Shown here: positions 1 through 10,102 of the stretch, one piece after another
Layout of the letters: every line of letters starts with the position of its first letter
Position numbering within the stretch: position 1 is the first letter of the stretch
Virus record (IMG/VR): IMGVR_UViG_3300042691_006355
Span: 268-64,267 of that record
Strand: one strand, 5' to 3'
DNA length: 64,000 bases
Origin: a virus
Taxonomy: Duplodnaviria; Caudoviricetes
Notes under the pieces: generated by a model
Databases searched by the model: none
Seen by the model: only the letters and a program-made list of their open reading frames with translations
What the model was told of the DNA's origin: nothing
Program-made: the position numbers and the translations under genes

Positions 1-2
1 TA

Positions 3-128
3 CCATACGAGGAGTTCCCTAATCTTGTTTCAAAGATATTACAATATGCTGGTCTATCTATAAGAGAGTCAGAGGTGGTTCAAGACGCTAAGGCAGAAGA
101 GGTACAAACAGCACAACAAACACAATAA
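3..128 (+). CDS. C-terminal fragment of tail ring/tubular-type structural protein (N-terminus at 63562)
   Basis: Frame 3 reads PYEEFPNLVSKILQYAGLSIRESEVVQ...TQ*; resembles the C-terminus of the family whose N-terminus starts at 63562. Confidence 0.7.
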   Translation, partial: PYEEFPNLVSKILQYAGLSIRESEVVQDAKAEEVQTAQQTQ

Positions 129-131
129 CAG

Positions 132-1040
132 ATGCCATATATAACTAACTATCAGTACTACACTAATAACGGGACGAACCCTCAAGATGCTAACTGGGGT
201 AGTTATCAGTACGTTACATTAAAGGACTTAATAAATAACTTTATGTTGATGTATGTAGGTAACGATAAGTTAGTTAATAATGTTGACATATATAATGTTA
301 GGTTTCATGCAAAAAGAGCTATACAAGAGATAAACTATGACGCTCTTAGAAACATTAAGGTTATGGAGCTAGAGCTTGGTGAAGAACTAAAGATGGTTCT
401 TCCTCCAGACTACGTTAACTATGTTAGAATATCTGTTTTAAAGGGGAATGTTTTGATTCCGTTAGTTGAGAGTAGAAATGCAATAACTGCAACTGCGTAC
501 CTTCAAGATAATAACTTAGATATTATATTTGATTCAAATGGTGAGGTTGTTACTGGAACATCAAAGCTTGATATACTAAGACAAGACAAGCAGTTATACA
601 CTGGTTCTGGGCCATACAACGGTTACTATGGATGGTCATTCGAGGGGGACTGGTACTTTGGTTACAACATTGGAGGTCGTTTTGGTTTAAACACAGAAGA
701 CGCGAATCGTAACCCTAGATTCACAATCAACAAGGCAGCAGGTGTTATTGATTTTAGCACTGGAGTTGAGCATGGTAAGATCGTGTTAGAATATGTTTCT
801 GACGGTATGGAGAACGGAGATGACTCTTTAATAAGCATTAATAAACTAGCTGAGGAATACATATACTCATACTTAAAGTGGGCTGTTCTAAACAATAAAA
901 CAGGAGTTCAAGAGTATATTGTTAAAAGAGCTAAGGACGAGAAATCTGCCAATCTAAGAAACGCAAAGATTAGATTAAGTAATATTCATCCATCTAGACT
1001 ATTAATGAGTCTTAGAGGTCGTGATAAATGGATTAAATAA
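132..1040 (+). CDS. Tail tubular/ring structural protein
   Basis: 302 aa; LPPDYVNYVRIS and LEYVSDG motifs typical of crAss-like-related tail proteins; directly upstream of the stabilization protein. Confidence 0.65.
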   Translation: MPYITNYQYYTNNGTNPQDANWGSYQYVTLKDLINNFMLMYVGNDKLVNNVDIYNVRFHAKRAIQEINYDALRNIKVMELELGEELKMVLPPDYVNYVRISVLKGNVLIPLVESRNAITATAYLQDNNLDIIFDSNGEVVTGTSKLDILRQDKQLYTGSGPYNGYYGWSFEGDWYFGYNIGGRFGLNTEDANRNPRFTINKAAGVIDFSTGVEHGKIVLEYVSDGMENGDDSLISINKLAEEYIYSYLKWAVLNNKTGVQEYIVKRAKDEKSANLRNAKIRLSNIHPSRLLMSLRGRDKWIK

Positions 1041-1042
1041 TT

Positions 1043-4000
1043 ATGGCTGACATTAGTAGAACATTTCAAAAAGGAGTCATGAATCAAGACCTCGATGAGA
1101 GGTTATTGCCTAATGGTACGTATATATCAGCAGAAAATGTAACTGTAAATAGTTACGCATCTGGTGATGTTGGTGCTATTCAGAATGCATATGGAAACTC
1201 GTTAAAGGGTAATATATCTTCAGCTGTAAATGTTCAAGTAATATCAAATCCAATTGTTATTGGTGCTGTTGCATACGAGCCAAAAGGATTAATATATTGG
1301 CTTGTAACAACTGATCAATTTGATGGTATCTTTGAATACAACATTCAAAGTGGTCAAACAACAAGAGTATTACAATGCTCTAAGCCAAGTCCAGGAAGTC
1401 CTCTTAACTTCAACTCTAATTATATTGTTACTGGTATAAATTATTTAGAGGGACAAGACGGAAACAATTACTTATTTTGGACAGATAACTATAATGCTCC
1501 AAGAAGAATAAATATTAATAGATGCAAGGGATATACTGCTGATGATCCGTCAATTGCTGATGATATTAGCGTTATAATGGCTCCTCCATTAAACGCTCCA
1601 TACATATCAATGACTCAAAGCAATAGCCCAGACTCTACAAACTTGAAAGAAAAGTTTGTATACTTCAGCTATAGATACAAGTACGTAGACAATGAGTATA
1701 GCTCAATGTCGCCATTCTCAGCAGTTGGATTTGAAGCTGGGGCTTTTGCTATAGACTATGAAACTGGAGACAACCTTGGCATGGTGAATAGAAAAAACTT
1801 AATAGATATTCACTTTGAAACTGGAAATGAATTTGTAAAAGAGATACAACTTCTAGTTAGAGATACTAGAAGCTTAAATGTGATGGTAATTGAAAGCTTT
1901 GATAAAGACAAGTTGTCTATTCAAGACAATACTTCATACTCATTTACATTTAGAAATAACAAGATATACACCACACTATCAAACGAACAGGTAACTAGAT
2001 TGTTTGATAATGTTCCGCTAAAGGCATTAGGACAAGATATTATTGGCAACAGATTGATATACGGAAACTACCTTCAGTTTAGAAATATAACAAATGCAAA
2101 CGAGGTTGACATAAACATTAACTTTGAGGTTAAATATACATCTCAAACAATTACAGATGATAAGCCTAAAAGATCATTCAGAAGTGATAGAGACTATGAG
2201 GTAGGAATAGTTTATACCGATAAGTACGGAAGAATGACTACAGTATTAACACCTGCATTAAGCAATGCTGGTAATCAATTAAGCAACTCTGTTTATATTC
2301 CACCATCAGAATCTGATAAAGCAAACAGCTTACAGGTTGAGATTAAGCATGAACCGCCATCATGGGCTACAAACTATAGACTTGTATTAAAACAGAACAG
2401 AAAAGAGTACTATAATATATTTCCAAGACTTTATTTTAATCAAGGTTTATTTGTTTATTTCTTAATAAATGAAACAGACAGAGATAAATTCTCAGTTGGT
2501 GATTATATAATAATAAAAAGAGGTGGAAATGGGCCTACTTATTCTAATAAACAATTTAAAATATTAGAACTTGAAGTTAAAAATCAATCATTTGTACCTA
2601 ATGCTCCTGCTGGATTATACTTTAAAATAAAAATAGAATCGAATGATTTGTCTTATTTACCTCAGAATCAAACTCAAAATATTGTAACTACAAATCAAGG
2701 TAGTAATTCATTTCAAATAGCGCATGGTCAGGATTTTTCTGTTACTAGACCTGTTTTAGTAAATGGACAATCAATACCACCAAGTTCGGCATATCTTAAT
2801 CCAGTAAACTCATATATATCTAAACCATTTTTTTATGGTTCATTATCTTCAAATTCTAATGCTATAGCTACATCGTGGGTTGGATTATTTAATGTTGGTT
2901 CAGCAACAATACAGAATTATAATTCCAGATATTGGGCAAATTCTAATGGAAGAGATTATAGGTATACAATAGAGATACAGTCTGGAAATAGGTTTAGATA
3001 TACTACTGATTTATATGGTGTTAGTAACTGGATTGAAAGTAATTTGCCTATAAATGTTGGATCAGTTAACTTAATAAAGTTTCCGTCTGGTGTGACTGGT
3101 AATGCTCCTGGAGGAGCATCAAACATTGCATTTGCTATAAAGTGGACATCAAATCAATTAACTGTAGGTGATAGATTTAAAATAAGTTGTAGATCTGAAA
3201 ATGGAGATAATTATTTTTCTGGCATAGCAAATAGTAATGGATTACTAGTTAATGGATATGATGATAATGGTGGATTTGCTATTGTCAATGGAAATTATAA
3301 TGGACCTATATATGCTGGAGCAAATATATCAATAACAATAAATCAAGACATTAATAACTCAAATGTATATACATCTACTCAATTATTTACATCTCAGCAA
3401 ACATATAGTAATATAGAGGAATGGTTTGTTGAGTCTGGTGCATTTGATTTATTTATTCAAAAAAATTCTTCTGGAGTAGATGTTAAATCTAAAGGGGTTT
3501 GGTTTAGAAATACACCTGGATCAACTCAACTAGGATCTGTTCCATCAAGTTACAGTAGCGTTCAGTATTATAGTCCAAATGGATATCCTTATACAAATTG
3601 GGTATTTAATTCATATAATGGTGTAAATACAAAAATGTTTTTGAAAGGATTTGGAATGGGGAATAATGGTCAAAACACTATTTCAGTAACTTTAAAAATA
3701 GATCAAATTGTACCTAGCAAAGCACCTATACTAGAAACTGTTCCATTAGACACTGAAACTGAAATATTTCATGAACTATCAAGAACTTATCCAATTAAAA
3801 ATGGTAAACATATATCAAGATGGTTTTTTACTGGTAGATCAAATGGTCCATTTAGTAGCACAAGATTAACTCAATCAACTAAAGAATGGCCACATTATTT
3901 TAGTGTTGGAGATACTGTGTACATAAATACAAATGGTGTATTACCTGCTACAGCACACACAATAGTTAATATATCAAATAGATATTCTATAGATGTTACT

Positions 4001-5107
4001 CCATCTATGTCTACTTCTCCATCTTTCCCTGGTTCTGTATCTTATACGACATATGAACAAGACCAAACATCAGTTACAAATGGAGCCAAGATACAAATTA
4101 ACTATCCAAACTATCCAAATAGTGACTATAACTCGTTTACTTATAATACTGGATTAGAAACATACAGAATAAAGGATGCGTTTAATGCTCCAACAATGCA
4201 ATATAGCCCAAGAGTTACAACAGTTATAGAGGATTATGAGGAGGAATATAAGTTTGCATCATTGACATATAGTGGTGTTTTTCAAGCTTCTACATCATTA
4301 AATAGATTAAACGAGTTCAATCTGTCTTTAGCTAATTTTAAGAATTTAGACAAGAGATATGGAAGTGTTCAAAAACTAAAAGCTAGGGACACTGATCTTC
4401 TTGTTTTACATCAAGATAAGATTACATCAGTTCTTTATGGTAAGAACTTGTTGTATGATGCGGTAGGTGGAAGCCAAGTAGCATCAATACCAGAAGTTTT
4501 AGGTAATCAGATAGCATATCCAGGTGAATTCGGTATTAGCGACAACCCAGAAAGTTTTGTTACATGGGGCGATGTGTGTTACTTTGCAGATGAAAAAAGA
4601 GGATCCGTATTAAAACTCATAGGAAATGAGGTTATCCCTATATCTACACAAGGAATGGGATCGTTTTGGATTGATACAATGAAAGATCCAAACAATGTTA
4701 ATAGTTTTAAATTTGGTGGTTTTGACCCATATAACGGAACGTATGTGATTAGTATATCAGAAAGACAAAAACAAAGCTGTCAATTAAATATAAGTCCAAC
4801 AATAAGAAGCGTTTCATCTAGTCCATCTAATGGTCCAGTATTTATGTTTTCAGTAGACACATTGTCTCCATCATGGACAATATCTATAGTTGACAATGGA
4901 TTTGGAACTAACTGGGTTAACTGTCAAACATTTAGTGGTTCCTATTCACAATTTGTTTATGCTTCTTATTCTGTTAATATTTCTGGAGCACCTAGAAGCG
5001 TTATATTTAGAGTTACTTATTGTGGAAGCACTTTATTTAAAGATTTTATTTTAACACAAGGTGTTTTAAATTCACCTACACTTGTAATACCAATTGTAAA
5101 CGGATAA
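1043..5107 (+). CDS. Tail stabilization protein (P22 gp10-like), N-terminal main part, ending in a BACON-like domain
   Basis: MNQDLDERLLPNGTY start; LFWTDNYNAPRRIN, FSYRYKY, NRLIYGNY and FGISDNPESF motifs; C-terminal ~110 aa with W..N..G..R pattern. Confidence 0.75.
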   Translation: MADISRTFQKGVMNQDLDERLLPNGTYISAENVTVNSYASGDVGAIQNAYGNSLKGNISSAVNVQVISNPIVIGAVAYEPKGLIYWLVTTDQFDGIFEYNIQSGQTTRVLQCSKPSPGSPLNFNSNYIVTGINYLEGQDGNNYLFWTDNYNAPRRININRCKGYTADDPSIADDISVIMAPPLNAPYISMTQSNSPDSTNLKEKFVYFSYRYKYVDNEYSSMSPFSAVGFEAGAFAIDYETGDNLGMVNRKNLIDIHFETGNEFVKEIQLLVRDTRSLNVMVIESFDKDKLSIQDNTSYSFTFRNNKIYTTLSNEQVTRLFDNVPLKALGQDIIGNRLIYGNYLQFRNITNANEVDININFEVKYTSQTITDDKPKRSFRSDRDYEVGIVYTDKYGRMTTVLTPALSNAGNQLSNSVYIPPSESDKANSLQVEIKHEPPSWATNYRLVLKQNRKEYYNIFPRLYFNQGLFVYFLINETDRDKFSVGDYIIIKRGGNGPTYSNKQFKILELEVKNQSFVPNAPAGLYFKIKIESNDLSYLPQNQTQNIVTTNQGSNSFQIAHGQDFSVTRPVLVNGQSIPPSSAYLNPVNSYISKPFFYGSLSSNSNAIATSWVGLFNVGSATIQNYNSRYWANSNGRDYRYTIEIQSGNRFRYTTDLYGVSNWIESNLPINVGSVNLIKFPSGVTGNAPGGASNIAFAIKWTSNQLTVGDRFKISCRSENGDNYFSGIANSNGLLVNGYDDNGGFAIVNGNYNGPIYAGANISITINQDINNSNVYTSTQLFTSQQTYSNIEEWFVESGAFDLFIQKNSSGVDVKSKGVWFRNTPGSTQLGSVPSSYSSVQYYSPNGYPYTNWVFNSYNGVNTKMFLKGFGMGNNGQNTISVTLKIDQIVPSKAPILETVPLDTETEIFHELSRTYPIKNGKHISRWFFTGRSNGPFSSTRLTQSTKEWPHYFSVGDTVYINTNGVLPATAHTIVNISNRYSIDVTPSMSTSPSFPGSVSYTTYEQDQTSVTNGAKIQINYPNYPNSDYNSFTYNTGLETYRIKDAFNAPTMQYSPRVTTVIEDYEEEYKFASLTYSGVFQASTSLNRLNEFNLSLANFKNLDKRYGSVQKLKARDTDLLVLHQDKITSVLYGKNLLYDAVGGSQVASIPEVLGNQIAYPGEFGISDNPESFVTWGDVCYFADEKRGSVLKLIGNEVIPISTQGMGSFWIDTMKDPNNVNSFKFGGFDPYNGTYVISISERQKQSCQLNISPTIRSVSSSPSNGPVFMFSVDTLSPSWTISIVDNGFGTNWVNCQTFSGSYSQFVYASYSVNISGAPRSVIFRVTYCGSTLFKDFILTQGVLNSPTLVIPIVNG

Positions 5108-5110
5108 ATT

Positions 5111-7954
5111 ATGATGACAAAACAATCTTTTGAGTATACTGGTAGTAATGTCTATGATATAGATAATGTTGTTATAAGTAATAATAACATTGCTATATTT
5201 GATCAATTAACTGGCGTTGGTGGTGTAGATTATATGCCTTATAATGGTTCCACTGTAACTGTTAAGGCAGGAGATAATACTGGTTCATATCAAGAGTTAG
5301 CACCTACATTAAACAATAAGCTTTACTATTATGTATCAGATGTCTTATATGGTCCAAATGACAAGGATGTAATAAAGGCAGACTCTATTGAGATTCCAGT
5401 AACTTATTCTTCTGGAGAGTTTACTGGTATATTTGTATTTAATAACCCAAATGATTTTCCTTATTTATACTTATTTTGGGATTATCAAGACACTATTGAC
5501 GGATCTACTAACATATCTTATATTGGAGCTACAGATGAAAGAATTATTAACTGGACTATTGGAGCTGGTATTGGTGTCGCTGGCATTAATTATAATGCCA
5601 TTGATACTCCTACGAGATTTCAAATAAAATTGAATGGATCTATTGTAGCAGACTCTGGATATGTTGGTCTTAACTCACTTACAAATTATATTGATTTAAT
5701 AACGGCAGGTGTAAATCCAGATGATATAAAACTTGTATCTCCATATGACGGACTAGTAAATAATGGTAATGGTAGCCTAAGATTTAAAAAGCTAGACTCA
5801 ACTATTGATACAGCTGAAATAATTGTATCTTCACCATTGTCAACATCTACTTGGATTATAAATAAGGTTGACCCATATTTAACACCTTTTTATATTGACA
5901 TCACAGATGGTGATCTTACAAATGTTTGTTCTCAATGTCCAGATATTTTATATTATCACGATGGTTTTAACTTGACACCACAATATGGAGACACTATATA
6001 TAATGATCCATACGGATCTACAACTTATAATGGAAACGATGCGTATCACATGATTGATATATTGATGTGTATGGTTCCTAGTCCTATAGATAAGTCATAT
6101 GTTTTGGTAAATGAAAATGGATTTGTTAGCTTAATTGATACGTGTAATTGTCCAGAAAGTGCTGTCCCAGTAATAACGCAGGGAGATATATATATAACTG
6201 TAAATGAGGACATAAGTATACCAATATCTGCTTTAGGTAATCCAACTTCGTTTAATTTACTTGGGTCTTGTTACAGCTATATTCTTAATGGTGGACAAAA
6301 ATCTAGTTTATTAAGCTATACAGATTGCAGTGGAAACAGTAGATATGTAACTATAGGATCTAATCAAAATTTAAATATATGTTCATCAACTGTTCCAGTT
6401 ATTGTGAATGGTGACGGTTCATTCAATTTACTTGGTCAGTGCAATAATATATCTATTGCTCCAGGATTATCAATAGATTTAAATGGTGTTTTATCTGGTT
6501 CAGCACTAGAGCTCAGAGATTTTTCATTTGATATAACCGCTACTAATTGTTTTGGTACAAGTGACCCGTATACCATTAATGTATTTGTATCTGAAAGTGG
6601 ACTTATACCATTCTCAGTAGATATAGAGCAGTATAAAGAGACATCGGCTGATTGTTGTAGCATAACTCCAACTTTTTCTATAATGTATTCAGACGGAAAA
6701 AATAATGTGCCTACACTGAGAAACAGAATATATAAAGATCAAAACGCAGAGGAGTACTTTAATGGAGGTGATTTCTGGTATTTTATAGATAAGTCTGACT
6801 ATGTTATAAAGATAGATAACAACGGATATGTGGTAGACTATTCAGTTTGTGCAGGAAGCACTACAACGACAAGTACAACAAGCACAACCACAATACCAGT
6901 AATTGGTACATACTACAACGCAATATCTTGCATTGATAACACTACTACCGTTACATTGCTAGACATAACAGGAGCTCCAGTATCAATTGGTGACGTAGTA
7001 AAAACTCAAGACGGAAACTGCTGGACTATAGACTCAACATCTGCTGGTGGATTCCCATACTTTTATATGGAAAATCCTGTAGTTTTTTATGCTGACTGTG
7101 CAACATGTACGGGTACTACAACAACTACAACTAGCACTACAACTACTACGTTAGCTCCTATAGTTTCTTTTAATGCAGATCTCTCTGTACAATACAGTAG
7201 CGATTATCTGGCATGTGTTTATGGATCTGCTGGATCTATGCTATACTTCTTTGGATACTATTCAATGCCACTCATAGGTGACATAGTATACTCAGATGCT
7301 CTTTGCACAACTCCGTTCAATGGCGAGTTTTACTGGTATTATGCCACTGATAGTCTATATAACTATGCAATACAAGTAGCAAATACTGGGCAGGTTCTTC
7401 ATGTTAACCCTTGTAGTATTGTAACAACTACTACAACCACTACGACAATACCTACTTACTACTACGAAGCAGAGATATGCAGTGATCCTGGTATGACTTA
7501 TTTAATTGCAGATCAAAACTTAGTTGAGTTTGATCCTGGAACAATTGTCAAGTGTGACGATGGTATTTGCTACGAGATATTAGCATCAGCAACTCCAGGA
7601 ACTCCAGATGCTAACATATTGTTTTTGTTTGATAATTGTTCAAGTTGCGTTGGTACTACAACAACAACTACAACAACTACAACTACTACAACAACAACTA
7701 CAACTACTACAACAACAACTACGGTAAAACCAACATACGCTGTTCTATTAAACTTCGGCTCAATTACAGAGGTGTGTTCATCTCCAATTGTTACGTTTTA
7801 TATAGATGGCCCAATTGGTGTACCTGGAAATAATATTTACGATAGCATATTTATGTCTGATCTAGCTCCTGCAAACTACTATAAGTTGTCTACAAGTGGA
7901 ATTGCATACGAGTGGGATGGTATAGAATGGACTGGAAATACTAAAAATTGTTAA
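5111..7954 (+). CDS. Cys-rich multidomain virion/tail-associated protein with Ig-like (He_PIG-like) domain and poly-Thr linkers
   Basis: 947 aa; PGLSIDLNGVLSG...FDITATN Ig-like motif; four Thr tracts separating repeated Cys-containing modules. Confidence 0.65.
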   Translation: MMTKQSFEYTGSNVYDIDNVVISNNNIAIFDQLTGVGGVDYMPYNGSTVTVKAGDNTGSYQELAPTLNNKLYYYVSDVLYGPNDKDVIKADSIEIPVTYSSGEFTGIFVFNNPNDFPYLYLFWDYQDTIDGSTNISYIGATDERIINWTIGAGIGVAGINYNAIDTPTRFQIKLNGSIVADSGYVGLNSLTNYIDLITAGVNPDDIKLVSPYDGLVNNGNGSLRFKKLDSTIDTAEIIVSSPLSTSTWIINKVDPYLTPFYIDITDGDLTNVCSQCPDILYYHDGFNLTPQYGDTIYNDPYGSTTYNGNDAYHMIDILMCMVPSPIDKSYVLVNENGFVSLIDTCNCPESAVPVITQGDIYITVNEDISIPISALGNPTSFNLLGSCYSYILNGGQKSSLLSYTDCSGNSRYVTIGSNQNLNICSSTVPVIVNGDGSFNLLGQCNNISIAPGLSIDLNGVLSGSALELRDFSFDITATNCFGTSDPYTINVFVSESGLIPFSVDIEQYKETSADCCSITPTFSIMYSDGKNNVPTLRNRIYKDQNAEEYFNGGDFWYFIDKSDYVIKIDNNGYVVDYSVCAGSTTTTSTTSTTTIPVIGTYYNAISCIDNTTTVTLLDITGAPVSIGDVVKTQDGNCWTIDSTSAGGFPYFYMENPVVFYADCATCTGTTTTTTSTTTTTLAPIVSFNADLSVQYSSDYLACVYGSAGSMLYFFGYYSMPLIGDIVYSDALCTTPFNGEFYWYYATDSLYNYAIQVANTGQVLHVNPCSIVTTTTTTTTIPTYYYEAEICSDPGMTYLIADQNLVEFDPGTIVKCDDGICYEILASATPGTPDANILFLFDNCSSCVGTTTTTTTTTTTTTTTTTTTTTTTVKPTYAVLLNFGSITEVCSSPIVTFYIDGPIGVPGNNIYDSIFMSDLAPANYYKLSTSGIAYEWDGIEWTGNTKNC
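7655..7723 (+). repeat. ACN trinucleotide tract encoding 23 consecutive Thr
   Basis: act/aca/acg x23 read directly; shorter tracts near 6860-6890, 7114-7150 and 7424-7448. Confidence 0.95.
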
Positions 7955-8868
7955 TGAATAAAATTAAATTTCTATCAGCTCAACCAGCGATAGATTATTA
8001 CGCTTGGCAAATTGAGGTGCAAATTGTGAACCTCATGTTGACTGGATATGATCCAGAACAGATATATGTTATTGCAGGATATCAAGATGATATACCAGAG
8101 TCGTGGTTAAAACTAAAAGAAACGCATTCAAGTGTTAACTTTTTCTTTTATGAGGATACCCTTGGTGACTGTAAGTATCTTCCTGCAATACAGGCACACA
8201 TACTAAAGAAGCACTTTAAAGAACATCCAGACAATACACCGTACTTCTTTATTGATGCTGACTTTATATTCACTAGATATCTAGACTTTACACCGTACTT
8301 AAATGACGACAAGTGGTACTTCTCAGACACTATCTCATACATAGGTCATGACTACATAGTCAGCAAGGGAGAAGAGGTCTTAGAGGCTATGTGTGACGTT
8401 GTTGGAATATCTAAAGAGCTTGTCAAGTCAAACCAAGATAATAGCGGTGGAGCTCAAAAGTTGATGAAGAACCTAACTCATGAGTACTGGGAGATGGTAG
8501 AGAAGCACTCATTCGAGCTGTATGACGTCATGATGCAGCTACAGCACGTAAGAAATGACGGTAGCAATCATGGAATACAGGCATGGACGGCAAGCATGTG
8601 GGCCGAACTTTGGACAGCTTGGAAGTTAGGAATTGATGTTGTTGTTCCAAAAGATTTTGACTTCTGTTGGGCTACTTGCAACATTAAAAGATGGGACGAT
8701 GTATATTTCTTTCATAACGCTGGAGTAATGTCAGACAAGGACCGCATGTTTCACAAGGCAAAATATATGGACAAATACCCATTTAATTCAAATGAAATAG
8801 TGTCAGAACATAAGTGTTCATACAACTACTATAAGCTATTAAAATCAATAGATAGCTGTTTGGTTTAA
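7954..8868 (+). CDS. Putative GT-A glycosyltransferase, HPAT/SRGT1-like
   Basis: YYAWQ near N-terminus, FFIDADFIF (DxD), GGAQ, W-T-A-S-M-W and FHNAG motifs; ATG overlaps upstream stop (TAATG). Confidence 0.6.
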   Translation: MNKIKFLSAQPAIDYYAWQIEVQIVNLMLTGYDPEQIYVIAGYQDDIPESWLKLKETHSSVNFFFYEDTLGDCKYLPAIQAHILKKHFKEHPDNTPYFFIDADFIFTRYLDFTPYLNDDKWYFSDTISYIGHDYIVSKGEEVLEAMCDVVGISKELVKSNQDNSGGAQKLMKNLTHEYWEMVEKHSFELYDVMMQLQHVRNDGSNHGIQAWTASMWAELWTAWKLGIDVVVPKDFDFCWATCNIKRWDDVYFFHNAGVMSDKDRMFHKAKYMDKYPFNSNEIVSEHKCSYNYYKLLKSIDSCLV

Positions 8869-8874
8869 TTTCAT

Positions 8875-8882
8875 TAAATTTG
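8875..8882 (+). promoter_or_regulatory. Bacteroidetes sigmaA -7 element TAnnTTTG (copies at 9691, 41900, 43627, 45925, 50576, 52875, 59713, 63166, 63540; minus strand 24152-24159)
   Basis: TAAATTTG/TATATTTG/TATCTTTG/TAACTTTG recur in intergenic gaps a few to ~30 nt upstream of start codons. Confidence 0.7.
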
Positions 8883-8886
8883 TATT

Positions 8887-9693
8887 ATGTTAGCACCTCT
8901 TACTATATCATATTCTGATGACGTTCAAGGATGGACATCATTCTGGACGTATAAGCCAGACTATATGATATACGCATCAAACAATTTTTATACGTTCAAG
9001 AATGGTAATCTATACCTTCATAACGATGAAACTGCTACAAGAACTGTATACTATCCAAACACACCATTTGGAAATTTACCATTTTGTTCTGTCAGAACAA
9101 CGTTCAATGACGCTCCGTTAGATGTTAAACTATTTAAAACGGTATCACTAGAGAGCACGTCTCCATGGAATGTATACGTATTTACTGATCTTATATCTGG
9201 AAATATTGACGATACTTGGTTTGAGTTAAAAGAAGGTAGCTACTTTGGTCATGTAAGAAGAAACACTAACTTATCTGGAGCTTCATTAATAAACATAGGT
9301 CAACTTGACGATTCATTGTCTACTAGAGTACTTGGAGTAGGTTCAGTATTGAGCACAGGTGCTGGATACATAGAGTTCAATAGCTATCCAAGTCAATCAC
9401 TTAAGATAACAGACATAGCTTTTCCAGATCAACTATATGTTTATAATAGTGGTGGCGCATTAACATTTGTTGGTACTGTATCTAGCGTTGACAACTCATC
9501 TCCAAATCCAAAGGTATTTGTTACTGGTGGAGCAGTTCCAAACGTTGGCGATACCATACTAGCTGTTAAAAACTCAACGGCTGAGTCTTATGGAGCTAGG
9601 GGTTACTACATGGACACAACACTTACGTATAATAGTGGCGCTCCAGTTGAATTATTCGAGATAGGCTCCACAGTATTCAAAAGTTTTATGTAA
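8887..9693 (+). CDS. Tail stabilization protein, separated C-terminal part
   Basis: TISYSDDVQGWTSFWTYKPD...NNFYTFKNGNLYLHN, KLFKTVSLES, KEGSYF and ARGYY...VELF motifs, which I recall as the C-terminal part of this family. Confidence 0.7.
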   Translation: MLAPLTISYSDDVQGWTSFWTYKPDYMIYASNNFYTFKNGNLYLHNDETATRTVYYPNTPFGNLPFCSVRTTFNDAPLDVKLFKTVSLESTSPWNVYVFTDLISGNIDDTWFELKEGSYFGHVRRNTNLSGASLINIGQLDDSLSTRVLGVGSVLSTGAGYIEFNSYPSQSLKITDIAFPDQLYVYNSGGALTFVGTVSSVDNSSPNPKVFVTGGAVPNVGDTILAVKNSTAESYGARGYYMDTTLTYNSGAPVELFEIGSTVFKSFM

Positions 9694-9702
9694 ATTTGTG
9701 AT

Positions 9703-10101
9703 ATGGAAGTCCGATACCTAGTTGAAGACGATTATCATAAGTTATGCGACTGGTGGAAGGATTGGAGATGGCCAGTCATATCGAAAGACTTCTTGCCAGA
9801 GAGTGGCACAGGAGGACTTATGGTATCAAGTAATGGAGTAGATGTATGCGCTGGTTTTGTGTACATGACAAACTCAAAGGTTGCTTGGATTGAGTTCATA
9901 GTATCGAACTTCCATTACAGAGAGAAAGACAGAAAGGAAGCCATAGAGTTCTTAATAAACTCACTTTTAGAAGTTTGTAAACAAAAAGGTTTACTTTATG
10001 CATTCTCTACACTAAAGAGTCCATCACTTATAGGGATGTACGAAAACTGTGGATTTCAAAAGGGATCTACAAACACAACAGAAATGATAAAGATTTTATA
10101 A
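9703..10101 (+). CDS. GNAT acetyltransferase-like virion morphogenesis protein
   Basis: 132 aa; CAGFVYMTNSKVAWIEF and MYENCGF GNAT-like motifs; position before internal virion proteins as in podoviruses. Confidence 0.65.
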   Translation: MEVRYLVEDDYHKLCDWWKDWRWPVISKDFLPESGTGGLMVSSNGVDVCAGFVYMTNSKVAWIEFIVSNFHYREKDRKEAIEFLINSLLEVCKQKGLLYAFSTLKSPSLIGMYENCGFQKGSTNTTEMIKIL

Positions 10102-10102
10102 T

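Noticed and set aside
5105-5113. In-frame stop-NNN-ATG junctions (also 126-134, 10862-10870, 12299-12307) suggesting readthrough or stop recoding
   Set aside because: Both TAA and TAG are involved, each downstream ORF has its own ATG, genes are not fragmented under the standard code, and there is no suppressor tRNA
7636-7833. Asn/Tyr-rich alternative-frame ORF
   Set aside because: By-product of the ACN Thr tract
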